From the NCBI GenBank assembly GCA_013360215.1, contig JABWCP010000009.1, forward strand, positions 1 to 64,000: a stretch of 64,000 bases of DNA. The letters run 5' to 3'. How positions within the stretch are numbered: the stretch's first letter is position 1; each line of letters begins with the position of its first letter. Below, piece by piece: positions 28,731 to 38,986 of the stretch. Source of the DNA: a bacterium. GTDB lineage: Bacteria > CLD3 > SB21. Under the pieces are notes generated by a model. That model ran no database searches. It had not been told where the DNA came from and saw nothing but the letters and a program-made list of their open reading frames with translations. The translations under genes and the position numbers were made by a program.

Positions 28731-29192
28731 TCAAATATTCGGTTGACGCATTTCCGCTAAAATTTTCCACGAACCGTCATTCTGTTTTTTCCAAACCACA
28801 AGATAGGAACCCGACACAGTAGCCGGAGTTAGTCCCAAAGGCTGCACGGAAAAACTGTACGTACCGTATTCTGAGGCCATATCCTGCCCTACTTCGATGG
28901 ACGTAGTTTTAAATCGCACATCCGTAAAACGTGATTGGTCAAATAAATTAACAAACTGCCGCTCAATCAGCGATTTACTGCGCACCGGTTCGATATTCGC
29001 CTGCAATACGACACCTTCTTCGGCAAATAGTCCGGCTATGCGGGTTGCTTCACTTTTTTCGTAGGCCTGCATGTATTCGCGATTGGCGGACTGTATAGCT
29101 TTTTTAACCGCCTCGGAATCCGTCTTTTCAGATGTCGGTGCGCTGCATGAAATCAAAAAATAAAACGTTAACAGGTACAACTTAACTCGCAT
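28731..29192 (-). CDS. NTF2-like (YybH/DUF4440) lipoprotein
   Basis: Lipobox LISC; MASEYGTY, GSYLVVWKKQNDGSWKI. Confidence 0.85.
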   Translation of the reverse strand: MRVKLYLLTFYFLISCSAPTSEKTDSEAVKKAIQSANREYMQAYEKSEATRIAGLFAEEGVVLQANIEPVRSKSLIERQFVNLFDQSRFTDVRFKTTSIEVGQDMASEYGTYSFSVQPLGLTPATVSGSYLVVWKKQNDGSWKILAEMRQPNI

Positions 29193-29204
29193 GGTTTGCT
29201 CCTT

Positions 29205-29822
29205 TTACCACAATGGAATGATCGGATCAAGTATAGCCAGGATCAGACTTGTAACGATGGCCACGACAATGAGTACGCCATTAAAGCCGAGCACGAGCAT
29301 CGTCGTTCTGAGTTTGGGGCGATTGATACGGTCAACCCATTTTTTTACACTTTTGATCGTAAGAAAAACAGAAAGACTGACAATCATCGAAGCCAAAATC
29401 AAACGGGCCGTTGTCGTCTGAAATATCCCTTCAAGGAAAAACAGGCCGCTTTCATACGAAGCGCCGGAAATGATTTTGTTCAGATAATCGCTCCATTGGA
29501 TGATCAATGCGCTAAGCACGATCACCTCCAAAAAAACGAAAAGGAGAAAACTTACGATGCGCTCCCGGTCCACCGTATGATTGATTTCATCTTCGATTTC
29601 CGATAGGAGCGAATTGATCTTCATCATCACGATGTCATTGCCGCTTTGGGACGCGTGTTGGTCTCTAATTTTGATGAGTTCGTCCTGCGATTTGACCAAA
29701 TCAATAAAATACTTCGTCTTTTGAAGTTTATCCCGCTTTTGAAGGTAAAAAACAATCAGCGGAACAAACACCGCCGATGCCGCACCGATCGCGCGCATGA
29801 AGTCTAATGAATTACTTTCCAT
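29205..29822 (-). CDS. Hypothetical membrane protein
   Basis: 205-aa ORF with 4 hydrophobic segments, co-directional with neighbours. Confidence 0.6.
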   Translation of the reverse strand: MESNSLDFMRAIGAASAVFVPLIVFYLQKRDKLQKTKYFIDLVKSQDELIKIRDQHASQSGNDIVMMKINSLLSEIEDEINHTVDRERIVSFLLFVFLEVIVLSALIIQWSDYLNKIISGASYESGLFFLEGIFQTTTARLILASMIVSLSVFLTIKSVKKWVDRINRPKLRTTMLVLGFNGVLIVVAIVTSLILAILDPIIPLW

Positions 29823-29845
29823 ACATTTTTCCGTTTAAGTAAAAA

Positions 29846-31237
29846 CTAGGACGTAGTTTTTTTCCTGCGCTTTATGGTTCGCACAATAAGGACGACAAAA
29901 ATAATACACATCCCACCGAAAATAGATCCGAAAAACAAAAAACGTTCCCCTCTTATTTTTTCATGCACGACACTTAAAAACAATTCCGAATCGGTAAAAA
30001 CCGTATTGGAATAATCCGGATATGTCAGATAAAACATGATATGTTTATCCGCAGGAACGCGTTGCAATGCAGATCCGGGCTCGGGTTTGGTTTTTATTTT
30101 CCGATTGAATTCATTCATTTCTTCCGACGGCGCTTGATCCGGATTGAGCCATTCCAATGCATAAGCCAGTTGGGTCGCGTCGCGACTTAGGCTCATACTG
30201 CGAAGCAAATGTTGTCGCCAAATAGCTAAACAGCGATTCGCCCACGATTTTAATGTGGTATCCGAATTTTGCTTTGCCGCTGATTTGACAACCTCAACGA
30301 TATCTTTCCATGCTTCCAATGAAGGAAGCTGAGTATCAACATTTTCGGAATCTCCGACCTCTGATACCATGCGTGAAAATCGTATTAAATGATCTTCCAT
30401 TTTGGCTATGGACGATAATCCGGTCACATCATACGATGCGGATTCCCGCATGGCTGAAATACGACGCGGATGAACAGCGATTTCTACAAACCAATCGGAT
30501 GCCGGTTCCCAGTTTTTTTTGATCCAGCGCCCGTCTTCAGGCCATTGGCTTACACCGTCAAAGAAAACAAGCATCTCATTTTTTTCCAAACCAACTGTAC
30601 GTACATTGAGTTCGGCTTCACCGATGAGTCCATCCCACAAAGCACCGGTACGAAATACATAACCGGCATGTATAACATACGACGAATCGGCCGAAGGGCC
30701 TTGATGCAACAAACGTTGTTGGCTACGCCCGATAAACGGTTGACGGTATTCGACGGTTATGGAAGTCTTTTGTTTTTTGGAAAACGTGACTTCAAACAAC
30801 CACCATGTTTCGCGCACGGTGTGACCGGGTTCGATGGCTTGAGTTACCATTTCATAACGTGCCTGGACAGGTGTGCCATTAATTAGCACACGAAAATCAA
30901 CCATCGGAAAACCGGACATTAAAGCCGTCTGAAGCGGAAATCCCACGGTCATGGATATATCGTCGGATTTGAGATTTTCCATTTCAAAATCGGCATGCAC
31001 AGCCATCATCGTAGGATACAATACGATCGAGACCGACTCACGAGTCATAGCGACGCCCACGGACTTTGTCGGCACATCTTTTTTTGCCATGCTCTGGCTC
31101 GGCATCAAAGGCGATTTGCCCGGAATGGATAAATTAAAACCGACCGCGGTTTGCATCGGCGCTACATCCGCATATACGGACTGGTTCGTAATAAACGACA
31201 CATAAATTCCGACAGCCATCAAGTAAACGAACTTCAT
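29846..31237 (-). CDS. DUF4424-like exported protein with C-terminal membrane anchor
   Basis: Signal peptide from MKFVYLM; MTRESVSI, VGFP, DFRVLING, YVFRTGALWDGLIG; C-terminal TM plus basic tail. Confidence 0.65.
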   Translation of the reverse strand: MKFVYLMAVGIYVSFITNQSVYADVAPMQTAVGFNLSIPGKSPLMPSQSMAKKDVPTKSVGVAMTRESVSIVLYPTMMAVHADFEMENLKSDDISMTVGFPLQTALMSGFPMVDFRVLINGTPVQARYEMVTQAIEPGHTVRETWWLFEVTFSKKQKTSITVEYRQPFIGRSQQRLLHQGPSADSSYVIHAGYVFRTGALWDGLIGEAELNVRTVGLEKNEMLVFFDGVSQWPEDGRWIKKNWEPASDWFVEIAVHPRRISAMRESASYDVTGLSSIAKMEDHLIRFSRMVSEVGDSENVDTQLPSLEAWKDIVEVVKSAAKQNSDTTLKSWANRCLAIWRQHLLRSMSLSRDATQLAYALEWLNPDQAPSEEMNEFNRKIKTKPEPGSALQRVPADKHIMFYLTYPDYSNTVFTDSELFLSVVHEKIRGERFLFFGSIFGGMCIIFVVLIVRTIKRRKKTTS

Positions 31238-31409
31238 ACATCTTTCGTGCAAAAATTTTTGTGAACGGTTCCAATGTAGTGGAATCCAAAGTATAACGCA
31301 ATACACCGAATGTTTCTTTCACTATTGCATTGCATTCTTTACATTCATTACCACGTTGAATAACTTCGTCATACTATGACTTGCACGGAATTACACCGGA
31401 TACAATGAT

Positions 31410-32990
31410 ATGCGTCACGATGTAGATTTTGTCATTATCGGAAGCGGGTTTGGCGGCTCGGTGTCTGCGTTACGTCTGGCCGAAAAAGGATACAATGTAC
31501 TTGTAATCGAAAAGGGAAAACACCTTCGCGCAAGCGACTTTCCTATGACCAACTGGAATGTGCGACGGTGGATGTGGATTCCACTACTGCGATGTTTTGG
31601 ATTATTCAAACTGACTTTTTTTCGCCACGTCACCGTACTTTCCGGTGTCGGTGTAGGCGGCGGTTCGCTGGTATATGCCAATACTCTTCCGGTGCCCAAA
31701 GAAAATTTTTTTACTTCGCCTTCCTGGTCTCATCTTGCCGATTGGAAAGAAGAATTAAAACCGTTTTATCCGCTGGCGCTTCGCATGCTCGGTGCTACAC
31801 GCAACACACGCATGGACGCGGGTGACTTTGCGCTTCAGCGGATGGCTAAGAAGCTGGATAAAGCCGATCATTTCGAATTAACGCAAGTAGCCGTTTTTTT
31901 TGGCGAACCTGACAAAACCGTGCCGGACCCTTATTTTGACGGAAAAGGCCCGGAACGCACAGGCTGCAACTATTGCGGCGGATGTATGCTCGGATGCCGC
32001 TTCAACGCTAAAAATACATTAGATAAAAATTATTTGCATCTCGCTCAGAATCTCGGCGTGAAGATCCAAGCAGAAACGGAAGCGATTGCGGTCACTCCTC
32101 TGAACGATAACAACGGCAACGAGGGTTATCGCATCACGATACGTTCTTCGACCCGGTGGTTTTCTAAACAAAAGAACGTAACCACAAAAGGTGTCATTTT
32201 CGCCGGTGGCGTTATGGGCACGGTACCTTTATTACTTAAATTGAAAAAAGAACACTTACCGCGCTTGTCGGATCGCATCGGATGCCAGGCTCGCACCAAT
32301 TCTGAAAGCTTACTTGGAGTAACGACGTTTGATAAAAACACCAATTTTTCCACGGGCATAGCTATCAGTTCCATTTTGCATACGGATGAGCACAGCCATA
32401 TCGAACCGGTACGGTACCCGGCGGGTTCCGGTGCATGGAGAATACTTGGGTCACCCATGACCACCGGAAAAAACTGGGTTACACGTTTATCGAAAGCCTT
32501 GTGGGATATACTTCGCCATCCCATACGCAATGCGCGGATATATTTCGTTTCAGATTGGGCACGTCGCACGCAGATCCTTCTTTTTATGCAGACGATCAAT
32601 AGCACATTGCGCTTTTCTCTCGGATCATGGGGTATGAAATCCGCGATGGAACAAGGCACCGCGCCGACCGTATTCATGCCGGAAGCGCAATCACTGGCGA
32701 AACAATTTGCCGAAGAAACCAACGGTAAACCGGTCGCACTGCTGACGGAAACATTGCTCGGCATTCCGACCACAGCACATATTTTAGGCGGATGCGTCAT
32801 GGGACGTGATGCATCCGAAGGCGTTATTGACAAAGATCATCGTGTTTTTGGGTATGAAAACATGTACGTGTGCGACGGTTCTGCGATCTCCGCCAATCCC
32901 GGTGTCAATCCATCGCTTACGATCACAGCGTTGACCGAACGCGCCATGAGCAAAATCCCGAATGCATCGGAAAAATTAAATTCACTATAA
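31410..32990 (+). CDS. GMC oxidoreductase, cholesterol oxidase (ChoD)-like
   Basis: IIGSGFGGSV, GVGGGSLVYAN, C.YCGGCMLGC..AKNTLDKNYL, TAHILGG, GVNPSLTITALTER. Confidence 0.88.
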   Translation: MRHDVDFVIIGSGFGGSVSALRLAEKGYNVLVIEKGKHLRASDFPMTNWNVRRWMWIPLLRCFGLFKLTFFRHVTVLSGVGVGGGSLVYANTLPVPKENFFTSPSWSHLADWKEELKPFYPLALRMLGATRNTRMDAGDFALQRMAKKLDKADHFELTQVAVFFGEPDKTVPDPYFDGKGPERTGCNYCGGCMLGCRFNAKNTLDKNYLHLAQNLGVKIQAETEAIAVTPLNDNNGNEGYRITIRSSTRWFSKQKNVTTKGVIFAGGVMGTVPLLLKLKKEHLPRLSDRIGCQARTNSESLLGVTTFDKNTNFSTGIAISSILHTDEHSHIEPVRYPAGSGAWRILGSPMTTGKNWVTRLSKALWDILRHPIRNARIYFVSDWARRTQILLFMQTINSTLRFSLGSWGMKSAMEQGTAPTVFMPEAQSLAKQFAEETNGKPVALLTETLLGIPTTAHILGGCVMGRDASEGVIDKDHRVFGYENMYVCDGSAISANPGVNPSLTITALTERAMSKIPNASEKLNSL

Positions 32991-33023
32991 ATGCATTTAA
33001 CAAAATCTAAATGAGGATTTCCT

Positions 33024-33398
33024 ATGAAATGGATCGTGCTGGTCGCAATGATTTTTTCAGCAAATAGTTTTGCTCAGGAAAACAAACCCAAGTACGAAAT
33101 GCGTGAGTATTTTTTTGTGATGCTCAAAAAAGGTCCTAATCGTAGTCAAGATTCAGTGACGGCTATGAAATTGCAGGAAGGTCACATGGGTAATATTACG
33201 CGCATGGCCGACGAAGGCAAACTCGCCATTGCAGGACCGTTCGGTGATAACGGAGACTGGCGCGGCATTCTCATTCTGACCGTCAAAACGATGGAAGAAG
33301 CTAAAACCGAAGTGGAGAAAGACCCCGCCGTACAGGCCGGACGATTGATATATGAAATCCATCCGTGGTGGAGCGCACGCGGCTCTAAGCTACCGTAA
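33024..33398 (+). CDS. YciI-family protein with signal peptide
   Basis: H...I, GKLAIAGPF, DPAVQAGRL..EIHPW. Confidence 0.82.
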   Translation: MKWIVLVAMIFSANSFAQENKPKYEMREYFFVMLKKGPNRSQDSVTAMKLQEGHMGNITRMADEGKLAIAGPFGDNGDWRGILILTVKTMEEAKTEVEKDPAVQAGRLIYEIHPWWSARGSKLP

Positions 33399-33418
33399 TA
33401 TGAAGGGGAATTCTAAAA

Positions 33419-34087
33419 ATGGCTGATACAAGCTCAACATGGAAAAAATTGGCGGCGGAGTGGTTTACAATTTTCATCAGCATTACCGCCGCCTTTGCAC
33501 TGGATCGGTGGAATGATGCGCGCAAAGAAAATGAATTGGAAATCAAAAGCGTGCACGCATTAATACAAGAAGTGCAAGCCGATACTCTCAGCTTATCAGA
33601 TGCGTTACGCCGAAATAAAAAGAATATGGAAGCGCTGCTTCGCTTTGATCTGCTGATTCAGCAAAACAGAGTACCTGCAGACTCGTCGGTACTTTATGCG
33701 ATACGCATGCTCAATATTTCTAATTTTGCATCCTCTAAAACAACGTATGATATGCTCAAGTCTTCCGGAGGACTATCCGTTATTCGTGATTTTGAAGTGC
33801 GTCAAGCATTAATTGCAACGTACTGACAGTTCGAATACCGGTCTCTGGTAGAAAATATGGGGCAAAACTTCATACAAACATTTGCCGTACCGATCTTATT
33901 CCGTTCCGTAGACTTTAGTATGCTGCGTACAGAAAATCAGGAATTCTACAAAACAACCGAATTTCGCAATACTTTGATCGGCAGCATACGCCAGATGCAA
34001 CAAAAAATAGCTTATTACGATAACTGTTTAACTTCAGCGCGGGAACTTCATCAACGCTTGATTCATTACGAAAAGACCATACAGTAA
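33419..34087 (+). pseudogene. DUF6090-like gene interrupted by one in-frame TGA (33824-33826)
   Basis: ORFs 33419-33826 and 33857-34087 are in the same frame; E..TIFISITAAFALDRWND and TYDMLKSSGGL..I motifs. Confidence 0.7.
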
Positions 34088-34154
34088 AAAATGGCATATG
34101 GCGTACGTATAGCAAACTAAAATAAAATTTTTGGTAATAATTCAGATCGGAAGT

Positions 34155-37100
34155 CTATTCGGCTTTAACGGGAAGTTCGATGATGATTTCGGTTTCTTCG
34201 CGTTGATCCGGATTGAGGTATATCCTTCCCTTGTGACGTTCGATGATTCCATAACAAACCGTGAGCCCTAAACCCATTCCTTTGCCCACCGTACGTGTCG
34301 TGAAAAACGGATCGAAAATTTTAGACCGATGCTCCTCCGCTATCCCCTCTCCATCGTCGCGAATGCGTATGCGAATTGCTTCTTTAGCATGAAGCCGGCA
34401 TGACTCCGTGCGAATACGAATATGACCGGACCGCGTAACACCTTTGCGCCACTGCCCCTCAATCGCTTGTACGGCATTTATCAATACATTCATAAACACC
34501 TGATTGATTTCTCCACTCAATCCGTGCACTTTGGGAATGTCATTAAAATCTTTATAGTATTCGATGGGCAGTTGGTTCTGCGCTTGCAGAAGTTTGATGG
34601 TCGCCTCAAGCCCTTCATGCACATCCACGGATTCATCTTCCGATGATTCGACGCTGGCAAAATGTTTAAGACTGATTACGATATTACGAATACGATCTGC
34701 GCCGTGTTTAAACTGATCTATCAAGGTAACGGTTTCATCCACCGCTTCATCCAGGGAAGCATAACCGGCATCCGTTAAAATCTTGAGCATATTTTGATTT
34801 TGTTCCGCTGTTCCACCCTGTTCGATCAGCTTAAGTAGTTGGCGAAACGTCGCTTGATGGGCATGTAAAAAATGAAGATTGCCGTAAATGAAGGTCAGCG
34901 GATTATTAACCTCATGCGCAATACCGCCCACCATGCGACCGAGGGCCGCCATTTTTTCAGAGTGAACTAATTGCGCCTGCGATTCTTTTAATTCCGTCGT
35001 ACGTTGAGTTATTATTTTTTGCAATTCGCGTTGTCTTGCGGTCAAAACACGTACACGCCAGTGATACAATCCCCATGCGCATACGGCGGCCAGCACGGCG
35101 CACAATGCATAAAACCACAGTGTCTGATAAAAAAAAGCTTGGACATGGATACGAATCGCCGCCGGCTTGGAAGACCAGTTACCCATAGCCGACGCCGCTT
35201 TGACCTCGAACGCATAGGAACCCGGAGGCACATTGGTGTAATACGCCACGCGACGTGATCCGGCCAGATGCCAATTTTCATCCAACCCATCCAAACGATA
35301 TTGAAAACGGATTTTACTGGCTTCAGCAAAATCCAAGGCCGTATAGTGCAACTCAACATGTTGCGTACCCGGCGGTAAATCAATAGACGAGGCGTCAGCG
35401 GGAATCCAATACTGTTTTTGATCGGCGATGATATATTCGGCTATCGGAATTAAAACCTGCGCATTTTCGGTCAACGATTCCGTTTTGATGCTGCTCAGGC
35501 CGCCGGCCGTCGCAAACCACATCGTACCATCCGAGCCGATAATGCCCGGTGATTGCGACGCACCGTTGCACTGTATGGTTTTGAGGCCGTCCTCAATACC
35601 GTAGTATGAACTGTGAACCGTGGGGATTTCTCCTCGAATAAAGGCGGCTACCTGATCTTTGCATATCATAAAAACGCCGCGATTGGAGCTCATCCACAGA
35701 TCGCATGGTGATTTGAATAGGATCGTAAAAATTTTATCGGAGTGTAATCCCTCATTCACCGTTAAAATGGTCAATTCACTCGATTTATTTTGTGACGGAA
35801 TTTTTGTGTTTTTGATCAGCCATGATTTATTGACCCGCACCAATCCGCCGTCCGTACCAACCCATAAAACAGAATCCCCCTCGAGAAACATCGCCAATAT
35901 ATTCGATGAAAAAGCGCCGCTATGCCATGTTTGAATACGGCCTTCGCTGATACGGTTGAGACCGGAAATCGTACCGACCCAGACACTGCCGTCCGCATCC
36001 GGCAAGATCGTATATACGTGATCGTTGGATAAACCGTCGCGTGAAGTGAATTTTCGGAAGAGCATATTGTGCGGCTGTGCATGTTTCAAGTCCGGAGCTA
36101 AAGCCATAGATATTCCGCCGGATGTGCCTACCCAAAGATTACCGTACACATCTCTTGCAATCGCTCGGATGACATTACTTCCCAAACCGTGACTCTCTGT
36201 ATATACTTGCGTTTGTTCACCGGAGCGACGATTGAGTCCGCCACCGTACGTTCCGACCCACAATTGATCGGGCTCGGAAAAAAGCGACAAAATGGAAATA
36301 TTCGAAAGCCCGTCTTTCGGCGTAAACGTGCGCCATACCGGCTTGCCCTGCGCCCACTGCATGCGTGTCAATCCGCCGCGCGAACCAAACCACAGATCAT
36401 TATTTCGATCCATAGCAACAGCGCGAATGTAATCATCGGGCAAGCCGTCTTGAGTAGTATAGGTTGTGAATGGACCGTTCATCAGACGATGCAATCCACC
36501 ATTGGTACCGATCCAGATATGCCCGTCGCGATCAACGAATAAACTCCAGACCGATTGATTGGTAAACGCTTCATCTACCGTATAGGATTGCGGCAAACCT
36601 TCGCTGTTGATTTGAATGAATGCGATACGTTTTAATCCGCTTCCGCTGGTACCGATCCAAACCGAGCCGTCGGGATCGGAACGAATCGCATACACCGCAC
36701 CGACAGTCAGCGCACCACGTAAGGTGATAGAAGACCATGCGCCATGCCGATACGTGTAGACGCCGGAACCATTGGTACCGATCAGCATATAGCCCGAAGG
36801 GCTTTCCGTGATAGCTTGAATACTCGTCAACGAGGAACCGTTCGGATCGGAGTGCCGCGTAACGGTATAACCCGATATATCGGAAAAACGACTGCCCGGT
36901 ATACTGAATAATCCGCCGTTGGTGCCAATCCACAACATACCGCTTTTCGTCACACACAAAGCGTTAACCGTGAGCTGGGTAAGGCCTTGATCGGTAGAAA
37001 TCACTTTGATCTCTCCCTTGTAATACGCCGCCAAACCGCCACCCGCCGTGCCGATCCATAAGGTGCCGTCTTCTCCTTCGGCTATAGCCGTCACGATACG

Positions 37101-37490
37101 ATGCGGGAGCCCGGAATTGATATCTATCGTCGTAAAAAGTCCGCGATGCAAACGGGTCAAACCCCCGCCATTGGTACCGATCCACAATGTACTATCACGC
37201 GTATACAACAAAGATAAAATACCGTTATTCAAAAGCTGAGGCGTATTACGACGATCAAATACTGTAAAATGTACACCGTCGAATCGTACTAAGCCTTCAT
37301 AAGTCCCGAAGAAAATATAGCCTTCGTGCGATTGAGCAATAGCGTGAATTGTGTTTTGAGGAAGACCAGTCTCCGTGGTCCACGAAGACTGAACATATTG
37401 CGACAGCGTCCGTTGCGGATCAAGTGCCAACCCGTGCGCAGTTGGCCTCAGCACAAAGATTATGAATAATGAGACGACAAATCGTAGCAT
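34155..37490 (-). CDS. Sensor histidine kinase with Reg_prop beta-propellers and Y_Y_Y domain
   Basis: Many WIGTxGGGL repeats, FQYRLDG..YYTNVPPGSY, TM, GIAHEVNNPL, NVLINAVQA, DDGEGI, FDPFFTT, GMGLGL; start set at ATG 37490. Confidence 0.93.
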   Translation of the reverse strand: MLRFVVSLFIIFVLRPTAHGLALDPQRTLSQYVQSSWTTETGLPQNTIHAIAQSHEGYIFFGTYEGLVRFDGVHFTVFDRRNTPQLLNNGILSLLYTRDSTLWIGTNGGGLTRLHRGLFTTIDINSGLPHRIVTAIAEGEDGTLWIGTAGGGLAAYYKGEIKVISTDQGLTQLTVNALCVTKSGMLWIGTNGGLFSIPGSRFSDISGYTVTRHSDPNGSSLTSIQAITESPSGYMLIGTNGSGVYTYRHGAWSSITLRGALTVGAVYAIRSDPDGSVWIGTSGSGLKRIAFIQINSEGLPQSYTVDEAFTNQSVWSLFVDRDGHIWIGTNGGLHRLMNGPFTTYTTQDGLPDDYIRAVAMDRNNDLWFGSRGGLTRMQWAQGKPVWRTFTPKDGLSNISILSLFSEPDQLWVGTYGGGLNRRSGEQTQVYTESHGLGSNVIRAIARDVYGNLWVGTSGGISMALAPDLKHAQPHNMLFRKFTSRDGLSNDHVYTILPDADGSVWVGTISGLNRISEGRIQTWHSGAFSSNILAMFLEGDSVLWVGTDGGLVRVNKSWLIKNTKIPSQNKSSELTILTVNEGLHSDKIFTILFKSPCDLWMSSNRGVFMICKDQVAAFIRGEIPTVHSSYYGIEDGLKTIQCNGASQSPGIIGSDGTMWFATAGGLSSIKTESLTENAQVLIPIAEYIIADQKQYWIPADASSIDLPPGTQHVELHYTALDFAEASKIRFQYRLDGLDENWHLAGSRRVAYYTNVPPGSYAFEVKAASAMGNWSSKPAAIRIHVQAFFYQTLWFYALCAVLAAVCAWGLYHWRVRVLTARQRELQKIITQRTTELKESQAQLVHSEKMAALGRMVGGIAHEVNNPLTFIYGNLHFLHAHQATFRQLLKLIEQGGTAEQNQNMLKILTDAGYASLDEAVDETVTLIDQFKHGADRIRNIVISLKHFASVESSEDESVDVHEGLEATIKLLQAQNQLPIEYYKDFNDIPKVHGLSGEINQVFMNVLINAVQAIEGQWRKGVTRSGHIRIRTESCRLHAKEAIRIRIRDDGEGIAEEHRSKIFDPFFTTRTVGKGMGLGLTVCYGIIERHKGRIYLNPDQREETEIIIELPVKAE

Positions 37491-37622
37491 AATTTTATAT
37501 AAAGAAATTAGAACCCGCGATGTGAAAACCTTCAACAATATTAATATTTTGACTAAATAAAACAATAGGCCGGTATAGTTTTTAACATTGTTTGTCGTCA
37601 AAAAATTTATGAATATCATTTT

Positions 37623-38918
37623 ATGCAACCGCTCACGCTTCTTATATATTACAAAGGTGTCAATACGTACGCGCTGAATACTCTCATCGGAGCCGTACAG
37701 CATGGCATTAAAGATCCGCGTCTGCATATCGCATTAGCTTTTCGACGCGACGAACTTTATCTCAAAGCCTTATCGGCACATAATCAAGGTCACCGCGTCG
37801 TCGTAGGTTGGTCTTTTTATTCTACGCATAGTACCGGCGTACAAGAAGACCTCCATTGGTTTCGAGAACAGCCGCATACATCCGACATAACACACCTCGC
37901 GGGAGGCGTGCATGCCAGTTCCGAACCGCACGCCACGCTCCGTATGGGATTTGATTGGGTCGCGATGGGCGAGGGTGAAATTATCATCGTCGAATTGCTG
38001 CGGCGTTTATTAAATGGGGATGATGTCTACACCACACCCGGATTGGCTTTTATCCACGGAGAAACATGGAAACGTAATCCGCCGCCGCCGTTGATACAAC
38101 TCGATGATTTCCCGCCGTTTGCAGACCGATGGGTACGTGTCAATCCTATTGAGATAACACGCGGTTGCATTTATGCTTGTAGTTTTTGTCAGACCCCTTT
38201 TATGATGAAAGCGCGCTTTCGTCATCGTTCCGTCGCTTCGGTAATGCGTTATGTTCAGGTTATGAAAGAAAACGGCGCGTGGGACATTCGGTTTATTACA
38301 CCGACATCCTTGTCCTACGGTTCCGATGACGCATCGGTCAAACCAGAGGCTATCGAGGCGTTGCTGAAAGGCGTGCGACAGGTTCTGGGTGATCGCGGGC
38401 GTATTTATTTTGGAACGTTTCCTTCGGAGGTGCGGCCGGAACACGTGACACCGGATATTCTCCGGGTGTTAAAAAAATATGTACACAATGATAATCTGCT
38501 CATGGGCGCTCAATCCGGTTCACAAAATATGCTCGACCGCATGCATCGCGGGCACGACGTCGCCTGCATCGAACAGGCGGTACGTTATTCCGTCGAAGCC
38601 GGTTTTTTACCCAATGTGGATTTTATTTTCGGATTCCCTGACGAAACAGAAGAGGATATCACGGCTTCGCTGCAATTGGCGGAACGATTAACCGATATGG
38701 GTGCTCGAATTCACGGGCATACGTTTATGCCGCTGCCCGGCACACCGCTTCGATCATCCCCGCCAGGCCATCTTTCGGAACGCATAATCGAAAAATTACA
38801 TAAATTCGTTTCAGCCGGAAAAATGTACGGCCAGTGGATTGCGCAACGTAACATGGCGTCAGAATTGTCTAAAAAAAGCTCCAGAAAAGAAACCGTCCGT
38901 GCAACCTGCAGTTCCTAA
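37623..38918 (+). CDS. B12-binding domain / radical SAM protein (TIGR04013-like)
   Basis: AGGVHAS, GEGE, EITRGCIYACSFCQTP, GTFPSEVRPE, HTFMPLPGTP. Confidence 0.85.
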   Translation: MQPLTLLIYYKGVNTYALNTLIGAVQHGIKDPRLHIALAFRRDELYLKALSAHNQGHRVVVGWSFYSTHSTGVQEDLHWFREQPHTSDITHLAGGVHASSEPHATLRMGFDWVAMGEGEIIIVELLRRLLNGDDVYTTPGLAFIHGETWKRNPPPPLIQLDDFPPFADRWVRVNPIEITRGCIYACSFCQTPFMMKARFRHRSVASVMRYVQVMKENGAWDIRFITPTSLSYGSDDASVKPEAIEALLKGVRQVLGDRGRIYFGTFPSEVRPEHVTPDILRVLKKYVHNDNLLMGAQSGSQNMLDRMHRGHDVACIEQAVRYSVEAGFLPNVDFIFGFPDETEEDITASLQLAERLTDMGARIHGHTFMPLPGTPLRSSPPGHLSERIIEKLHKFVSAGKMYGQWIAQRNMASELSKKSSRKETVRATCSS

Positions 38919-38986
38919 TTGCGTATTAGGAACTGATTACACCTATTATACCTTTATACCCTACCACTTAACTTCAGGAGCCTCCT

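Noticed and set aside
32126-32833. 235-aa minus-strand ORF
   Set aside because: Antisense shadow of the GMC oxidoreductase
35500-37400. Recurring GGTACCGATCCA-like nucleotide repeats as a CRISPR or DNA repeat array
   Set aside because: They encode the WIGT motif of propeller blades inside the kinase CDS; spacing and sequence vary
37491-37727. Head-to-head overlap of kinase and radical SAM genes in the ORF track
   Set aside because: Caused by an over-extended start; the signal peptide begins at ATG 37490, leaving a normal divergent intergenic region
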